Counted from the first letter of the stretch, positions 19,919-28,853 are shown. The stretch: 48,115 nt of DNA from Thermoproteota archaeon (GCA_027491395.1 JAOZFI010000050.1:1-48115); one strand, 5' to 3'. The notes: generated by a model not told the origin, from the sequence alone. Program-made: numbers and translations.

Positions 19919-20161
19919 ATGGTGTGCGTGGGAGCTGAGAGGGTGGACGAGTACGAGGCCGAGGGATTTCTCCTGAGGGATGAGGAGGGATACACGGTCC
20001 TAGTAGTGGAAAGAGAAAATTTAGAGGGAAGGTTTCCGGCCGTCTGGATAGGTAAATTCTCTAACTTGGAGGAGGCTAGGAACGCGCTTAGGGACATGCT
20101 CTACAACTTGGGTAGGCTGAACGACAGGGGATTCGGCTGTCATGAGGCTCCTCTGACCTGA
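19919..20161 (+). CDS. small hypothetical protein
   Basis: coding-like ORF co-oriented with 19633; frame is open back to about 19868, so the start is uncertain. Confidence 0.5.
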   Translation: MVCVGAERVDEYEAEGFLLRDEEGYTVLVVERENLEGRFPAVWIGKFSNLEEARNALRDMLYNLGRLNDRGFGCHEAPLT

Positions 20162-21183
20162 TCACCCGTTTCCAATGAAATTAGGGCGACTCCCCTCTCC
20201 TTGAACGGCCAAGGAATGGCACTTACTCCCATAGGCCTACCGACCCTCTCGAAAGCCCCTTCTCCCTGCTTGCTCATCCAAAGGTCAGGAGCTGACGGGT
20301 AAATAGCGTAAAACCTTAGAATCTTCCTCCTTAACTTGGCTCCAAGCAGCGAGATTTTCCTCCTTCGACTCCAATCCCTCAACTCATTAGATAGCTGATC
20401 CAAGACCTCCTCAAGGGAGGAGATTCTCGGCAGCTTGGCGCGTAGGAGCCTTCTCATGATCAGATAGATCTTCACCCTTAGCTCTCCGTAAATCTCACCA
20501 ACGTCTTGGGCGAACCTCAACAACTCCAAGGTCTCGGACTTGGGAACGGGGAGATAGACGCAAAGACCCTTTCTCAGGCGCAACATCTTCGATGAGACCT
20601 CTTCGGGCACATCAGACGATCTGAGGGGGAGGAAGCCCTTGGCCGTGCCACCGTACCCGAAGGGGTAGAGGATCAACTTCACTAGGGAATTCAGGCTCTT
20701 CCTGCTAAGGAGGGGTTCTAACCCCAGTGACATGAGGTAAAAGGCTTCTTTGGAGCTCGGCCCCCACCTGCTCGCGTAGTCCCTCATGTATTCCAGGTAA
20801 AGCTCTCTCATGTCCTTTATAGGAATCCTTTCTCCCCATCCGATGCGGTTAAGGAGCATCCAAGCTAGGGAAAAGAGGACCACATCTCTGAGCGGGGAGA
20901 CCGCGTACCTGCTGCCGACACCGAGTGGGCTTGGGGCAACGGGTTTGATTAGGCCTTCCCTTCCCAATCTCTCCATCCTCCGGATGTCACCCTCCAAGGG
21001 GACTAGTGGAGGACCGGAGAGTATGAGAGCTTCTGTCAGGGATGTCTCACTATTCGGGGTCCAGAGTATCCCCTCACCTATCTCAGGGGAGAAGTCTCGA
21101 GGTGAGACTTCCCCTCCCCTCAACAGGCGCTCCATCAGTTGGGCCAGCCTCTCCACTCCCGCCTCTTGGGAGCGAGAGGTCAT
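20140..21183 (-). CDS. hypothetical basic protein
   Basis: 347 aa ORF 2 bp downstream of 21186 gene; Leu/Arg-rich; no family recognised. Confidence 0.6.
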   Translation of the reverse strand: MTSRSQEAGVERLAQLMERLLRGGEVSPRDFSPEIGEGILWTPNSETSLTEALILSGPPLVPLEGDIRRMERLGREGLIKPVAPSPLGVGSRYAVSPLRDVVLFSLAWMLLNRIGWGERIPIKDMRELYLEYMRDYASRWGPSSKEAFYLMSLGLEPLLSRKSLNSLVKLILYPFGYGGTAKGFLPLRSSDVPEEVSSKMLRLRKGLCVYLPVPKSETLELLRFAQDVGEIYGELRVKIYLIMRRLLRAKLPRISSLEEVLDQLSNELRDWSRRRKISLLGAKLRRKILRFYAIYPSAPDLWMSKQGEGAFERVGRPMGVSAIPWPFKERGVALISLETGDQVRGAS

Positions 21184-21185
21184 GC

Positions 21186-21692
21186 TCAGCCACCCGCTGG
21201 GGTTCCCATTATAACAACAACGGGGCCGGGAGAGGAAATTAAGGCATCCACTTGCCTCAACCCCTTCAGCAGGAAAGTATTGGCCGCTCTGTAGGTTCCA
21301 TACCTATCATTGCCCGCCACGACGACCACGGGCTTCCTTCCAGGGCCTCTCTTGACGAAGTAGTAAGCGTAGTTCTTCCTTTCAAGCTTGATCTTCTCCT
21401 CAGGGGACAGAAGAGATGAAGATATCTGACCTATCCCCTCCGGAGCCTTGTGCCCGCCCAACACTATGACGAACTGACCGTATTCCAGCGCCTCGCTGTA
21501 TTCCTGTGGGGAGAAGATCCTCACCCCGAACCCCATGCCCTCCAGTACGGACTTCATTCTCTCAGCAGTGGACATATCGATCGAGTTGGAGACTATAGCT
21601 ACGGGTCCCGTGAGAGAAGAAGCTTGGATCAGTATTAAGGACTGAGCTAAGAGGATTGCGAGGGTCATAAATGCGAGGGGGTTTCTCATCAT
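21186..21692 (-). CDS. secreted stand-alone S-layer/CWB2-like domain protein
   Basis: signal peptide; VAIVSNSID, VIVLGGHKAPEGIG, VVVVAGNDRYGT. Confidence 0.7.
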   Translation of the reverse strand: MMRNPLAFMTLAILLAQSLILIQASSLTGPVAIVSNSIDMSTAERMKSVLEGMGFGVRIFSPQEYSEALEYGQFVIVLGGHKAPEGIGQISSSLLSPEEKIKLERKNYAYYFVKRGPGRKPVVVVAGNDRYGTYRAANTFLLKGLRQVDALISSPGPVVVIMGTPAGG

Positions 21693-21762
21693 TGATGAAA
21701 GCTAGGGAGCTGTATTAAAGGTTTACCTGTCGTTCGCTTTCAGTACGATCGACAGATCCTCC

Positions 21763-21776
21763 AGAAAACGTTAAAT
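21763..21776 (+). promoter_or_regulatory. BRE/TATA promoter of the C/D-box sRNA
   Basis: AGAAAACGTTAAAT about 20-25 nt upstream of the sRNA 5' stem. Confidence 0.55.
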
Positions 21777-21796
21777 GTCCTCCTCGGGAGTCGAAT

Positions 21797-21860
21797 GGGC
21801 CGATGATGATAATTCCTTAAACCAACTCAAGATGAGGTCTGACGGGCGGACTGAAGGCCC
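21797..21860 (+). ncRNA. C/D-box methylation guide sRNA targeting 16S rRNA
   Basis: terminal stem GGGCC/GGCCC; box C ATGATGA 21803-21809; D' CCAA 21822-21825; C' AAGATGA 21829-21835; box D CTGA 21851-21854; D guide TGACGGGCGG is the exact complement of universal 16S CCGCCCGUCA. Confidence 0.9.
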
Positions 21861-21938
21861 CCTATCCCATTCAGGGTGATTCCGCTGGGGGAGACATCTG
21901 GAGAACCTAGTAAAAGTAGGAAAATAGCACTGATCCCA

Positions 21939-22397
21939 GTGAGGAGGAAGGATAAGGAGATAAGAGATCTAGAAGAGATAGAAGAAATCCTGAGGAGGGC
22001 ATTTGTTTGCAGAATAGCGTTATGCGAGGACGACAGGCCCTATTGCGTTCCCATGATATACTGCTACAAGGAGGGCGCTATATACCTCCACTCTGCCAAG
22101 GAGGGAAAGAAGCTTGAAGTATTGAAGAAGAATAACAGGATATGCTTCGAGGTGGAGATGGATGTCGGGTTGGTCACGGAAGGGAGACCCTGCTCTTGGA
22201 CCTTAAGATACAGGAGCGTCGTGGGGAGGGGGAAGGGTTACATAGTTGATGATCTGAACGAGAAGAGGAAAGCCTTGGAATGCATGGTGGAGAGGTTTTC
22301 GCCCGTCTACAAGTACCAGTTCACTGAAGAAGAGTTGGATAGTGTCGTCGTAATAAGGATAGAAGTGGATGAGTTGAGTGGTAAGAAATCCGAATGA
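21939..22397 (+). CDS. pyridoxamine 5'-phosphate oxidase-like FMN-binding protein (NimA-like)
   Basis: MRRKDKEI, PYCVPM, YLHSAKEGKK, ICFEV, YRSVVGRG, SGKK; GTG 21939 preferred. Confidence 0.88.
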   Translation: MRRKDKEIRDLEEIEEILRRAFVCRIALCEDDRPYCVPMIYCYKEGAIYLHSAKEGKKLEVLKKNNRICFEVEMDVGLVTEGRPCSWTLRYRSVVGRGKGYIVDDLNEKRKALECMVERFSPVYKYQFTEEELDSVVVIRIEVDELSGKKSE

Positions 22398-22481
22398 TCA
22401 CATTTTCCGAGCGTATAGCAATCTTTTTTAATGATGGAATCACACCGTGCGAGGTGATGCGTCTTTGCGGAGAGTAACTTC

Positions 22482-22871
22482 TTGGTAGTTGCTTACTCTC
22501 CTGATCCTCTCTCGATCCCTAGTGTGGCCTCCCGCAATGGGGGAAATGTTCTCCTCTCTCCTCAGAAAGTTTTTCAATGGCATTCTTTGGAAGGGGCGTT
22601 GACGAACCAATGTGTAGTGAAGGTGGAGGTCTCGAACGATGAGGGATTGGAACACACCTACCTGCTAGCCTTCCCCTCTGAGAAGGGAGTACAGGACTTT
22701 CTAACGGATATATCGACTGTTGCACACCTCAAAGCGGTGGTGGAGGTACCTTCCCAAGAGATCGATGCTCTAGCGCCGAAGTGGGTCATCTTCAAAGTAT
22801 CGAAGTACGAGGGAGGGGCACGCTACAGCATGGCGGAAAAATGGATGGGGGCTCAGGAGATCTTGATTTAG
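22482..22871 (+). CDS. hypothetical protein (5' end possibly frameshifted)
   Basis: coding-like ORF; GAGGTG RBS plus ATG at 22457 lies in another frame that stops after 6 codons. Confidence 0.45.
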   Translation: MVVAYSPDPLSIPSVASRNGGNVLLSPQKVFQWHSLEGALTNQCVVKVEVSNDEGLEHTYLLAFPSEKGVQDFLTDISTVAHLKAVVEVPSQEIDALAPKWVIFKVSKYEGGARYSMAEKWMGAQEILI

Positions 22872-22889
22872 CCCCCTTGTGATCCCTTT

Positions 22890-23873
22890 TTAGTCCCCGA
22901 ATATGAGCCTCCTGACTCGGCGGCCCACCTCCTCTATGGGATGCTCCTCTACCCTCCTCATCAGCTCGTTGAATCTCTCCCATCCGTTCCTGTAGACCTT
23001 CACCCACTCCCTCGCGAACTCGCCGCTGACCACTCTCTCAGCGTACCTCCTCATCCTATCCTTGACCCCGTCGTCCAGCACCTTGGGTCCGACGGTCAGT
23101 CCACCATATCTAGCGGTCACCGACACCCTCTCTAGCATCCCCTTTATGCCGTACCTCCATATCAGGTCCATTATCAGCTTAGCCTCGTTTAACGCCTCGA
23201 AGTACGCCACCTCCGGCTGGTAGCCCATGTCCACCAAGGTCTCCCAGCCCTTCAGAATTAGCTCCATTAACCCGCCGACCAGCACATTCTGCTCACCTAT
23301 CAGGTCCGTCTCCGTTTCCTCCGCGAAGGTCGTCTCTATAACCCCTGCCCTCGTGGCGCCGATTCCCTTGGCTATGGCTAAAGCATACTCTAGGGCCATT
23401 CCCGAGCTGTCTTGGTGAACAGCCACTAGCGCGGGTACCCCCCTACCCCTGAGGAACTCCTCCCTCACGGCCGCACCCGGAGCCTTCGGGGCTACCATCA
23501 CGACATCCACGCTGCTCTTGGGCTTTATCAGTCCGTAGTGCACGGTGAAGCCGTGTGCGAAGTCGACCACCGCTCCATCCCCGAGGTTGGGCTCCACCTC
23601 GTTCATCCACACGTCGGGTTGCACCATGTCAGGTAGGAGGTATAGTATGACATCCGCCTTGGAGACGGCTTCTCCCACCTCATACACCTCGAAACCCTCT
23701 CCTTCAGCCCTTTCCCAAGATTTACCTCTCCTCACTCCCACAATCACGTCCACACCGCTGTCTCTAAGGTTCAGGGCTTGCGCCCTGCCCTGTATTCCGT
23801 AGCCGACGACCGCCACCCTCTTCCCCATTAGGGGGTCTAGGCTGACGTCCTCGTCCGTGTACATCTTGGCCAT
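22890..23873 (-). CDS. ilvC: ketol-acid reductoisomerase
   Basis: [45 protein letters not shown]. Confidence 0.97.
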   Translation of the reverse strand: MAKMYTDEDVSLDPLMGKRVAVVGYGIQGRAQALNLRDSGVDVIVGVRRGKSWERAEGEGFEVYEVGEAVSKADVILYLLPDMVQPDVWMNEVEPNLGDGAVVDFAHGFTVHYGLIKPKSSVDVVMVAPKAPGAAVREEFLRGRGVPALVAVHQDSSGMALEYALAIAKGIGATRAGVIETTFAEETETDLIGEQNVLVGGLMELILKGWETLVDMGYQPEVAYFEALNEAKLIMDLIWRYGIKGMLERVSVTARYGGLTVGPKVLDDGVKDRMRRYAERVVSGEFAREWVKVYRNGWERFNELMRRVEEHPIEEVGRRVRRLIFGD

Positions 23874-23883
23874 TCCAATCACC

Positions 23884-24162
23884 TCACGGCAGCACCACTT
23901 CGGTGAGGGGATCCTCGAACTCCACCCTCCTCGGCCTCGGCTCCACTGACAGCACTTCCGGCAGAACAGACATCTTCTTCATGACCCACTCCACTTCCTC
24001 CGCCCTACCTTCGAGCTCCATACAGGCCACAGCATGTCCATCCTCGAACTTGGCCTCCATGCCCCTGTAGACCACCTTTCCCCTCCTAGCTATATTCAGG
24101 ACACGAGTCAACTGATCCAGACCTCCGAACACCTTCACACACAACTTGGTCTCGACCCACAT
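23884..24162 (-). CDS. ACT-domain acetolactate synthase regulatory subunit
   Basis: 92 aa between ilvB and ilvC; [11 protein letters not shown] and [15 protein letters not shown]-like pattern; GAGGTGA RBS before ATG 24162. Confidence 0.75.
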   Translation of the reverse strand: MWVETKLCVKVFGGLDQLTRVLNIARRGKVVYRGMEAKFEDGHAVACMELEGRAEEVEWVMKKMSVLPEVLSVEPRPRRVEFEDPLTEVVLP

Positions 24163-24167
24163 ACAGA

Positions 24168-25892
24168 TCACCTCCACTCGAGGCTCACATCCATTCCCGG
24201 GGGCAGTATCGCCTGGGTGAGCCACTTCCCAGGCTGAACCCACGGGAGGACCACATCCTTCTCATTATCCAAAAGAACATCCAATATGAGGGGCTCGTTA
24301 TTCCTGACAGCCCATTCCACCTGCTTCTCGAGATCATCGTAGCTCTCAGGCCTCCTGTAATCGATGTTGTAGGCGTCAGCCACCTTGGCGAAGTCCGGAT
24401 TCTCCTTGAACTCTGTGGCGATGATTCTCCTATCGTAAAGGTACATCTGCCACTGCTTTACCAGCATGAGAGCTCTGTTGTCGAAGATCACCTCGATAAA
24501 GGGGAGATTGTAGTCCCTGACCAGTGAGAGGTTGTTTAAGGTCATCTGGAATGAGCCGTCGCCGTCAATGCAGACCACCTGCCTGTCCCTAGCAGCGAGC
24601 TTCGCTCCCAGCGCGGCAGGGATGCCGAAGCCCATGGTCCCCAGTCCAGCCGATGTTACGAACGTGCCAGGTACGAGGACATCCCAGTGGATCTCCGCCC
24701 ACATCTGGTGTCCTCCTACTCCCGTGACCGTTATGGTATCGTTGGGAACGGATCTTCTGACTGTCTTCAGGACCCTCCACGGGACTAGCCCGTTAAACTC
24801 CTTCTCCCACTCCTTTATCGACCTCTCGAATTCCTTCCTTACGTGCTGGAGCCATGAAACGTACTCCTTTCTCCCCTCAGACTCTACGGATTTAATGACG
24901 TCGAGGAGCATCCTAAGTGCGATTCTAGCATCTCCCCTTATAGCTACGGCTGTGGGGAGATTCTTTCCAAGCTCGCTATCGTCCAGATCTATGTGTATGA
25001 TCTTCTTCTCCCTCATCTCGTCAAACCTACCCACGGTCCTGTCCGAGAACCTGGTTCCCACGGCGAGTACCACGTCTGCGTTGGCGAGAGCAGCGTCAGC
25101 CTCAGCTCTACCATGCATTCCAGCCGGACCCATCACTAGGGGGTGATTGAACGGCACTGAGTTCTTCCCTGGGAGCGTCGTGACCACCGGGGCGAGCATG
25201 TACTCAGCCAATCTCAGCACCTCCTCCCAGGCATTGGCCCAGTATACGCCGCCACCGACGAGTATCACTGGCCTCTCAGCCTTCTTGAGTAGCTCAGCTG
25301 CCTCCCTGACATGGTCCAAGCTTGGCTCGACGGGAGCGTATTTGCTGAAGTCAACAGGCAGGAGCTCCCCATTCCACTCCGCCTTCTTAGCCACCTGAAT
25401 ATCCCTCGGGAGGTCCACGAGGGTCGGACCAGGTCTTCCCATGCTGGCGACCTTGTAAGCGGTTGCGACGGCAGGTAGGGCCTCTTCTGGTTTCTTAACT
25501 TGGTACACGAACTTGGTTATGGGGGACACGACGCCAAACATGTCCGTTTCTTGGAATGCGTCTCTACCGAACACTTCAGTGGCTACTTGCCCGGTGAGGG
25601 CCATCACGGGGGAGGAATCCATGTAGGCGTTCGCTATCCCGGTCACCAGATTCGTGGCCCCGGGTCCGGATGTGGCCATCATGACTCCGGGCTTCCTCGC
25701 AATTCTCCCGTATGCGTCGGCTGCGTGGGCCGCTCCCTGCTCGTGCTTGAACATGACGACCTCTATTTCGTCCCTGTACGGGTAGAGAGCATCATAGAGA
25801 GGCATTATGGAGCCGCCAATCACACCCATGAGGGTGCTCACACCTAATTCCGGTAAAAGAGACGCGATCGCGTCAACAACGCGATCACTCAC
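24168..25892 (-). CDS. ilvB: acetolactate synthase large subunit
   Basis: HEQGAAHAADAYGR, TSGPGATN, AFQETD, GRPGP, GMHG, GLGTMGFG, TPP motif GDGSFQM. Confidence 0.96.
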   Translation of the reverse strand: MSDRVVDAIASLLPELGVSTLMGVIGGSIMPLYDALYPYRDEIEVVMFKHEQGAAHAADAYGRIARKPGVMMATSGPGATNLVTGIANAYMDSSPVMALTGQVATEVFGRDAFQETDMFGVVSPITKFVYQVKKPEEALPAVATAYKVASMGRPGPTLVDLPRDIQVAKKAEWNGELLPVDFSKYAPVEPSLDHVREAAELLKKAERPVILVGGGVYWANAWEEVLRLAEYMLAPVVTTLPGKNSVPFNHPLVMGPAGMHGRAEADAALANADVVLAVGTRFSDRTVGRFDEMREKKIIHIDLDDSELGKNLPTAVAIRGDARIALRMLLDVIKSVESEGRKEYVSWLQHVRKEFERSIKEWEKEFNGLVPWRVLKTVRRSVPNDTITVTGVGGHQMWAEIHWDVLVPGTFVTSAGLGTMGFGIPAALGAKLAARDRQVVCIDGDGSFQMTLNNLSLVRDYNLPFIEVIFDNRALMLVKQWQMYLYDRRIIATEFKENPDFAKVADAYNIDYRRPESYDDLEKQVEWAVRNNEPLILDVLLDNEKDVVLPWVQPGKWLTQAILPPGMDVSLEWR

Positions 25893-25924
25893 AGGAGACC
25901 TGCTAGTTGGATCAACAATCCCAC
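25889..25924 (-). promoter_or_regulatory. candidate Leu/Ile-rich leader peptide ORF (MGLLIQLAGLL) coupled to ilvB
   Basis: GTG GGA TTG TTG ATC CAA CTA GCA GGT CTC CTG TGA; TGA overlaps the ilvB GTG; TATA TTTATA near 25959-25964. Confidence 0.45.
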
Positions 25925-26045
25925 CCTATAGAGGTTTGGGCTCCGAACCTCGTGTAAATATAAAGATTACTACTCAGCAACACATGAGCTGCTGCATCTT
26001 CGAGATACAAGGTATATCCTCCAGCTTTATACAATGAAATTGCAT

Positions 26046-26585
26046 TTACGAATGATGAGAGTAAGGGCCTTGATTCTCACGATTATTGGAATTTAAGGAC
26101 GAAATTAATCTTTCATTTAGCAGATATCCTCGTTTCTCCTTTGACAGGAGTGACAGAGCATCTGAACGCAGCTCACTTATTCTCTCGCTGAGGAAATCTA
26201 GATGTGAGACGAGCCTCCTCACTAACTCGTCTGGGCCACTCAACAGCTTAAGCGCGATTATCTGGCTCTCCATGAACCCTAGTATTGATGGTATGGCTCT
26301 AGACATCAAACTATCCGCTCTCTCCACCAGGTACTCAATTCCCTTCCTAGTTATGCTGTAGATGACTCTCTTACTGCCCTTTATACTCTCCTCCTTCGCC
26401 GTCACCAACCCCTCCTTCACTAGCTCATTCAGCGTGGGATAAAGCGATCCGGGGGCGGGGACCCACTCGCCGCCAGTTATCCTCTCGACCTCCTTTATCA
26501 TCGCGTAGCCATGCATCGGCCCCTTCACCAGCATAGCTAGGACGGATATCCGCAGCCAGCCTCTCACCCTCTGCCTCCTCGCCAT
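26046..26585 (-). CDS. PadR family transcriptional regulator
   Basis: GPMHGYAMIK, PGSLYPTLNELVKEGLV, RVIYSITRKG. Confidence 0.92.
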   Translation of the reverse strand: MARRQRVRGWLRISVLAMLVKGPMHGYAMIKEVERITGGEWVPAPGSLYPTLNELVKEGLVTAKEESIKGSKRVIYSITRKGIEYLVERADSLMSRAIPSILGFMESQIIALKLLSGPDELVRRLVSHLDFLSERISELRSDALSLLSKEKRGYLLNERLISSLNSNNRENQGPYSHHS

Positions 26586-26607
26586 CCTATACCCCTAGAT
26601 ATATCGC

Positions 26608-26697
26608 TCATCGCGCGGTCAGACCACTCTTCCTTCCAAGCCTGCTCAAGCTTCCCAAGTGGAAATCCGCCAAGAAGACCCTAATGTGATCCCCCAT
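26608..26697 (-). pseudogene. 29-codon ORF resembling a metallophosphoesterase N-terminus
   Basis: MGDHIRVFLADFHLGSLSRLGRKSGLTAR*; preceded by TTTAAA and AGGTGA RBS; D-x-H-L-G motif. Confidence 0.4.
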
Positions 26698-26747
26698 TCT
26701 TTTCACCTTGGATTTTTTAAATCGCGGCTTCTTGAGGGGAATAAGCA

Positions 26748-26758
26748 GGAAAAAAAGG
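26748..26758 (-). terminator. oligo-T terminator of the TauE/SafE gene
   Basis: A7 run on + strand (T7 on the coding strand) just past the stop. Confidence 0.5.
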
Positions 26759-26764
26759 GTAAGT

Positions 26765-27553
26765 TCAGATCTGGATGCCGAAGCCTTTTAAGATGAATCT
26801 AAGAGATACATAGAGAAATATTAGGCCAAAGAGAAGCTTTATCGCCCAAGATGGGGTCTTAGGCACCAGTTTAGCGCCTCCTTGAGCACCTATCGCGGTC
26901 CCTAGCCCTAGCAGCATAGCTGCGTACAGATCCACGTGGCCAGCTACCATCTTGAAACCTGCAGAGATCACGCTCATGGCTATGAATGATGCTAGGGAAG
27001 TGCCCACTGCTATCTTAACCGGGGATTTCAACAGGTATATGAAGGACGGGACCAGTGCATAGCCTCCGCCCAACCCGACGATGCCGGTCAATATACCTAT
27101 CAAGAAGCCCAACACCCCCTTTTGAGCATCGGATCCCGGGATTCTCTTCTCCGACACCGTCGAGGTGGGTGAGACCCTTCTAACCCCTTCATAGATCATC
27201 CTCAACGATGTGTAGACGAAGGCCAGACCTATTACCACGTTAAGTACGCTCGCTCTTTCCACCAAATACTCAAAGGCCATAGATCCAGCTAGAGCGCCAA
27301 TTCCTCCGCTGATCGTGATAACAGCGGCTGTCCCGTAGTCGACGTTCTTCATTCTTATATGGGCTATGCTACCGGATACCGCCGTTATAATCACTGCAGT
27401 AATCGTCGTTCCTATCGCAGCTGGAAGCTCGTAGTTGAACAGGAAGTACAGGGCTGGAAGCATGATTGAGCAGCCTCCTATCCCTAGAAGACCACCCACA
27501 ACCCCAGCCAGTAGTCCGAAGAGGAATATGACCACGGAGGAGAGCGGATCCAT
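26765..27553 (-). CDS. TauE/SafE (TSUP) sulfur-compound transporter
   Basis: two repeats GLLGIGGCSIMLP / GIVGLGGGYALVP, AIGT / AVGTS; ATG 27553 preferred. Confidence 0.9.
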   Translation of the reverse strand: MDPLSSVVIFLFGLLAGVVGGLLGIGGCSIMLPALYFLFNYELPAAIGTTITAVIITAVSGSIAHIRMKNVDYGTAAVITISGGIGALAGSMAFEYLVERASVLNVVIGLAFVYTSLRMIYEGVRRVSPTSTVSEKRIPGSDAQKGVLGFLIGILTGIVGLGGGYALVPSFIYLLKSPVKIAVGTSLASFIAMSVISAGFKMVAGHVDLYAAMLLGLGTAIGAQGGAKLVPKTPSWAIKLLFGLIFLYVSLRFILKGFGIQI

Positions 27554-27614
27554 TTCATGCACCGGATTCAATCTAAAACGCATTTTATAAGAATGATGTT
27601 TCATATTGAAACAT

Positions 27615-28217
27615 ATGAGATCGAGGATTCTAGACGATAGGGATCTGAGGATACTCACTCTCTTATCAGAAAATCCGAGGATACCGCTCAGCTCGCTGGC
27701 CAAGTTGCTGGGAATATCTCACACGGCAATCAGCAGGAGATTGAGGAGGTTAACGGATTCTGGTATCCTCAGACAGGCTGTCACCTTGAATTTCGATAAG
27801 TTACGTTTCAAAATAGCGATCATGCTCTTGGAAGTTGATACCATTAAGAATCTAAGGGAGATAGCGAGAAGGTTTGAGGACTGCCCGAGACTAATCCATC
27901 TATTTCAGGGGAGGGGTTCCCTTAACTTGATCGCGGTCATGGCCGCGGAGAACGAGGAGGTCCTGAACTCAATAACGGGTACTTGCATGATTAGGACCTA
28001 CAAGGGGGTGAGGAGGAGCGAGATAGTGGAAATAGCGGAGCCACTAGTGAACCCCTACCTCCCAATAGAGGTGCCCCGGATGGATATGGAATCGGCTCCT
28101 TGCGGTGCGGACTGCTCCTCATGCCCGAGGTATGTAGAGGAATCGTGCCTCGGATGTCCCAGCTTCGTGGGATACAGGAAGGCTGCTTTCGCCTACCGTG
28201 ACGGAGATGGAATCTAA
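27615..28217 (+). CDS. Lrp/AsnC family regulator with C-terminal Cys cluster
   Basis: LDDRDLRILTLLSENPR HTH; RAM-like domain; tail PCGADCSSCPRYVEESCLGCP. Confidence 0.88.
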   Translation: MRSRILDDRDLRILTLLSENPRIPLSSLAKLLGISHTAISRRLRRLTDSGILRQAVTLNFDKLRFKIAIMLLEVDTIKNLREIARRFEDCPRLIHLFQGRGSLNLIAVMAAENEEVLNSITGTCMIRTYKGVRRSEIVEIAEPLVNPYLPIEVPRMDMESAPCGADCSSCPRYVEESCLGCPSFVGYRKAAFAYRDGDGI

Positions 28218-28271
28218 TCCATCATTTTATCTTGGGAATCCCTTTATAACGCGACACCGGATCCTCCGGCT

Positions 28272-28853
28272 ATGGTGAGACTCCTCAAGCTCTGGGGGCT
28301 TACGGGCCTTAGTTCCCTTGCCGTAGCTTTGACCACCATATTCGTATGCTGGTACATGAATCCTTGGTTCGACTTCTGGAGGGATGCGTTCAGCGATTTC
28401 GGGGTCTCTAGAGCCTGCTGTCCGTGGCTCTACAATTATGGGCTGATTGCTTCCGCGTTTCTCCTTATGATTTACTCCCTGTTCATACTCAGAGCTTCCA
28501 AGAGCAAGTTGGAATCCTTCTCAAGCGGTCTCCTCTTCACAGCCTCCATCTTCTTGGCTTTAATAGGGGTGTTCCCCGGAGGGACGAGGCCTCACACTTT
28601 TGTATCTACATGGTTTTTCGTCCAAGCGTTCATGGGTCTGACCGTCTTGGGCATAGCCCTTCTCTTTGATGGACATGCCAAGGGGATTTTCGTGGCCCTC
28701 CTATCTGGCTCGGCACCTATCCTGGCCATATTAGTAGATTTGACGGTAAGATGGCCTTCAGCTGCTGTTGCTGAGGCCGCCGGGATCCTTATAATTGGAA
28801 TGTCCGTCTTCACGATCACTCCTCATTACTTGAACCTCATGGACGAGAAATAA
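28272..28853 (+). CDS. DUF998 family membrane protein
   Basis: NPWFDFWRDAFSDFG, LIGVFP..PH, SAAVAE. Confidence 0.8.
   Translation: MVRLLKLWGLTGLSSLAVALTTIFVCWYMNPWFDFWRDAFSDFGVSRACCPWLYNYGLIASAFLLMIYSLFILRASKSKLESFSSGLLFTASIFLALIGVFPGGTRPHTFVSTWFFVQAFMGLTVLGIALLFDGHAKGIFVALLSGSAPILAILVDLTVRWPSAAVAEAAGILIIGMSVFTITPHYLNLMDEK

Noticed and set aside
27554-27703. N-terminal extensions given by the ORF track (also 9773, 15334, 19598, 24243, 35589)
   Set aside because: They overlap neighbouring genes or promoters; downstream starts fit the RBS and family N-termini better
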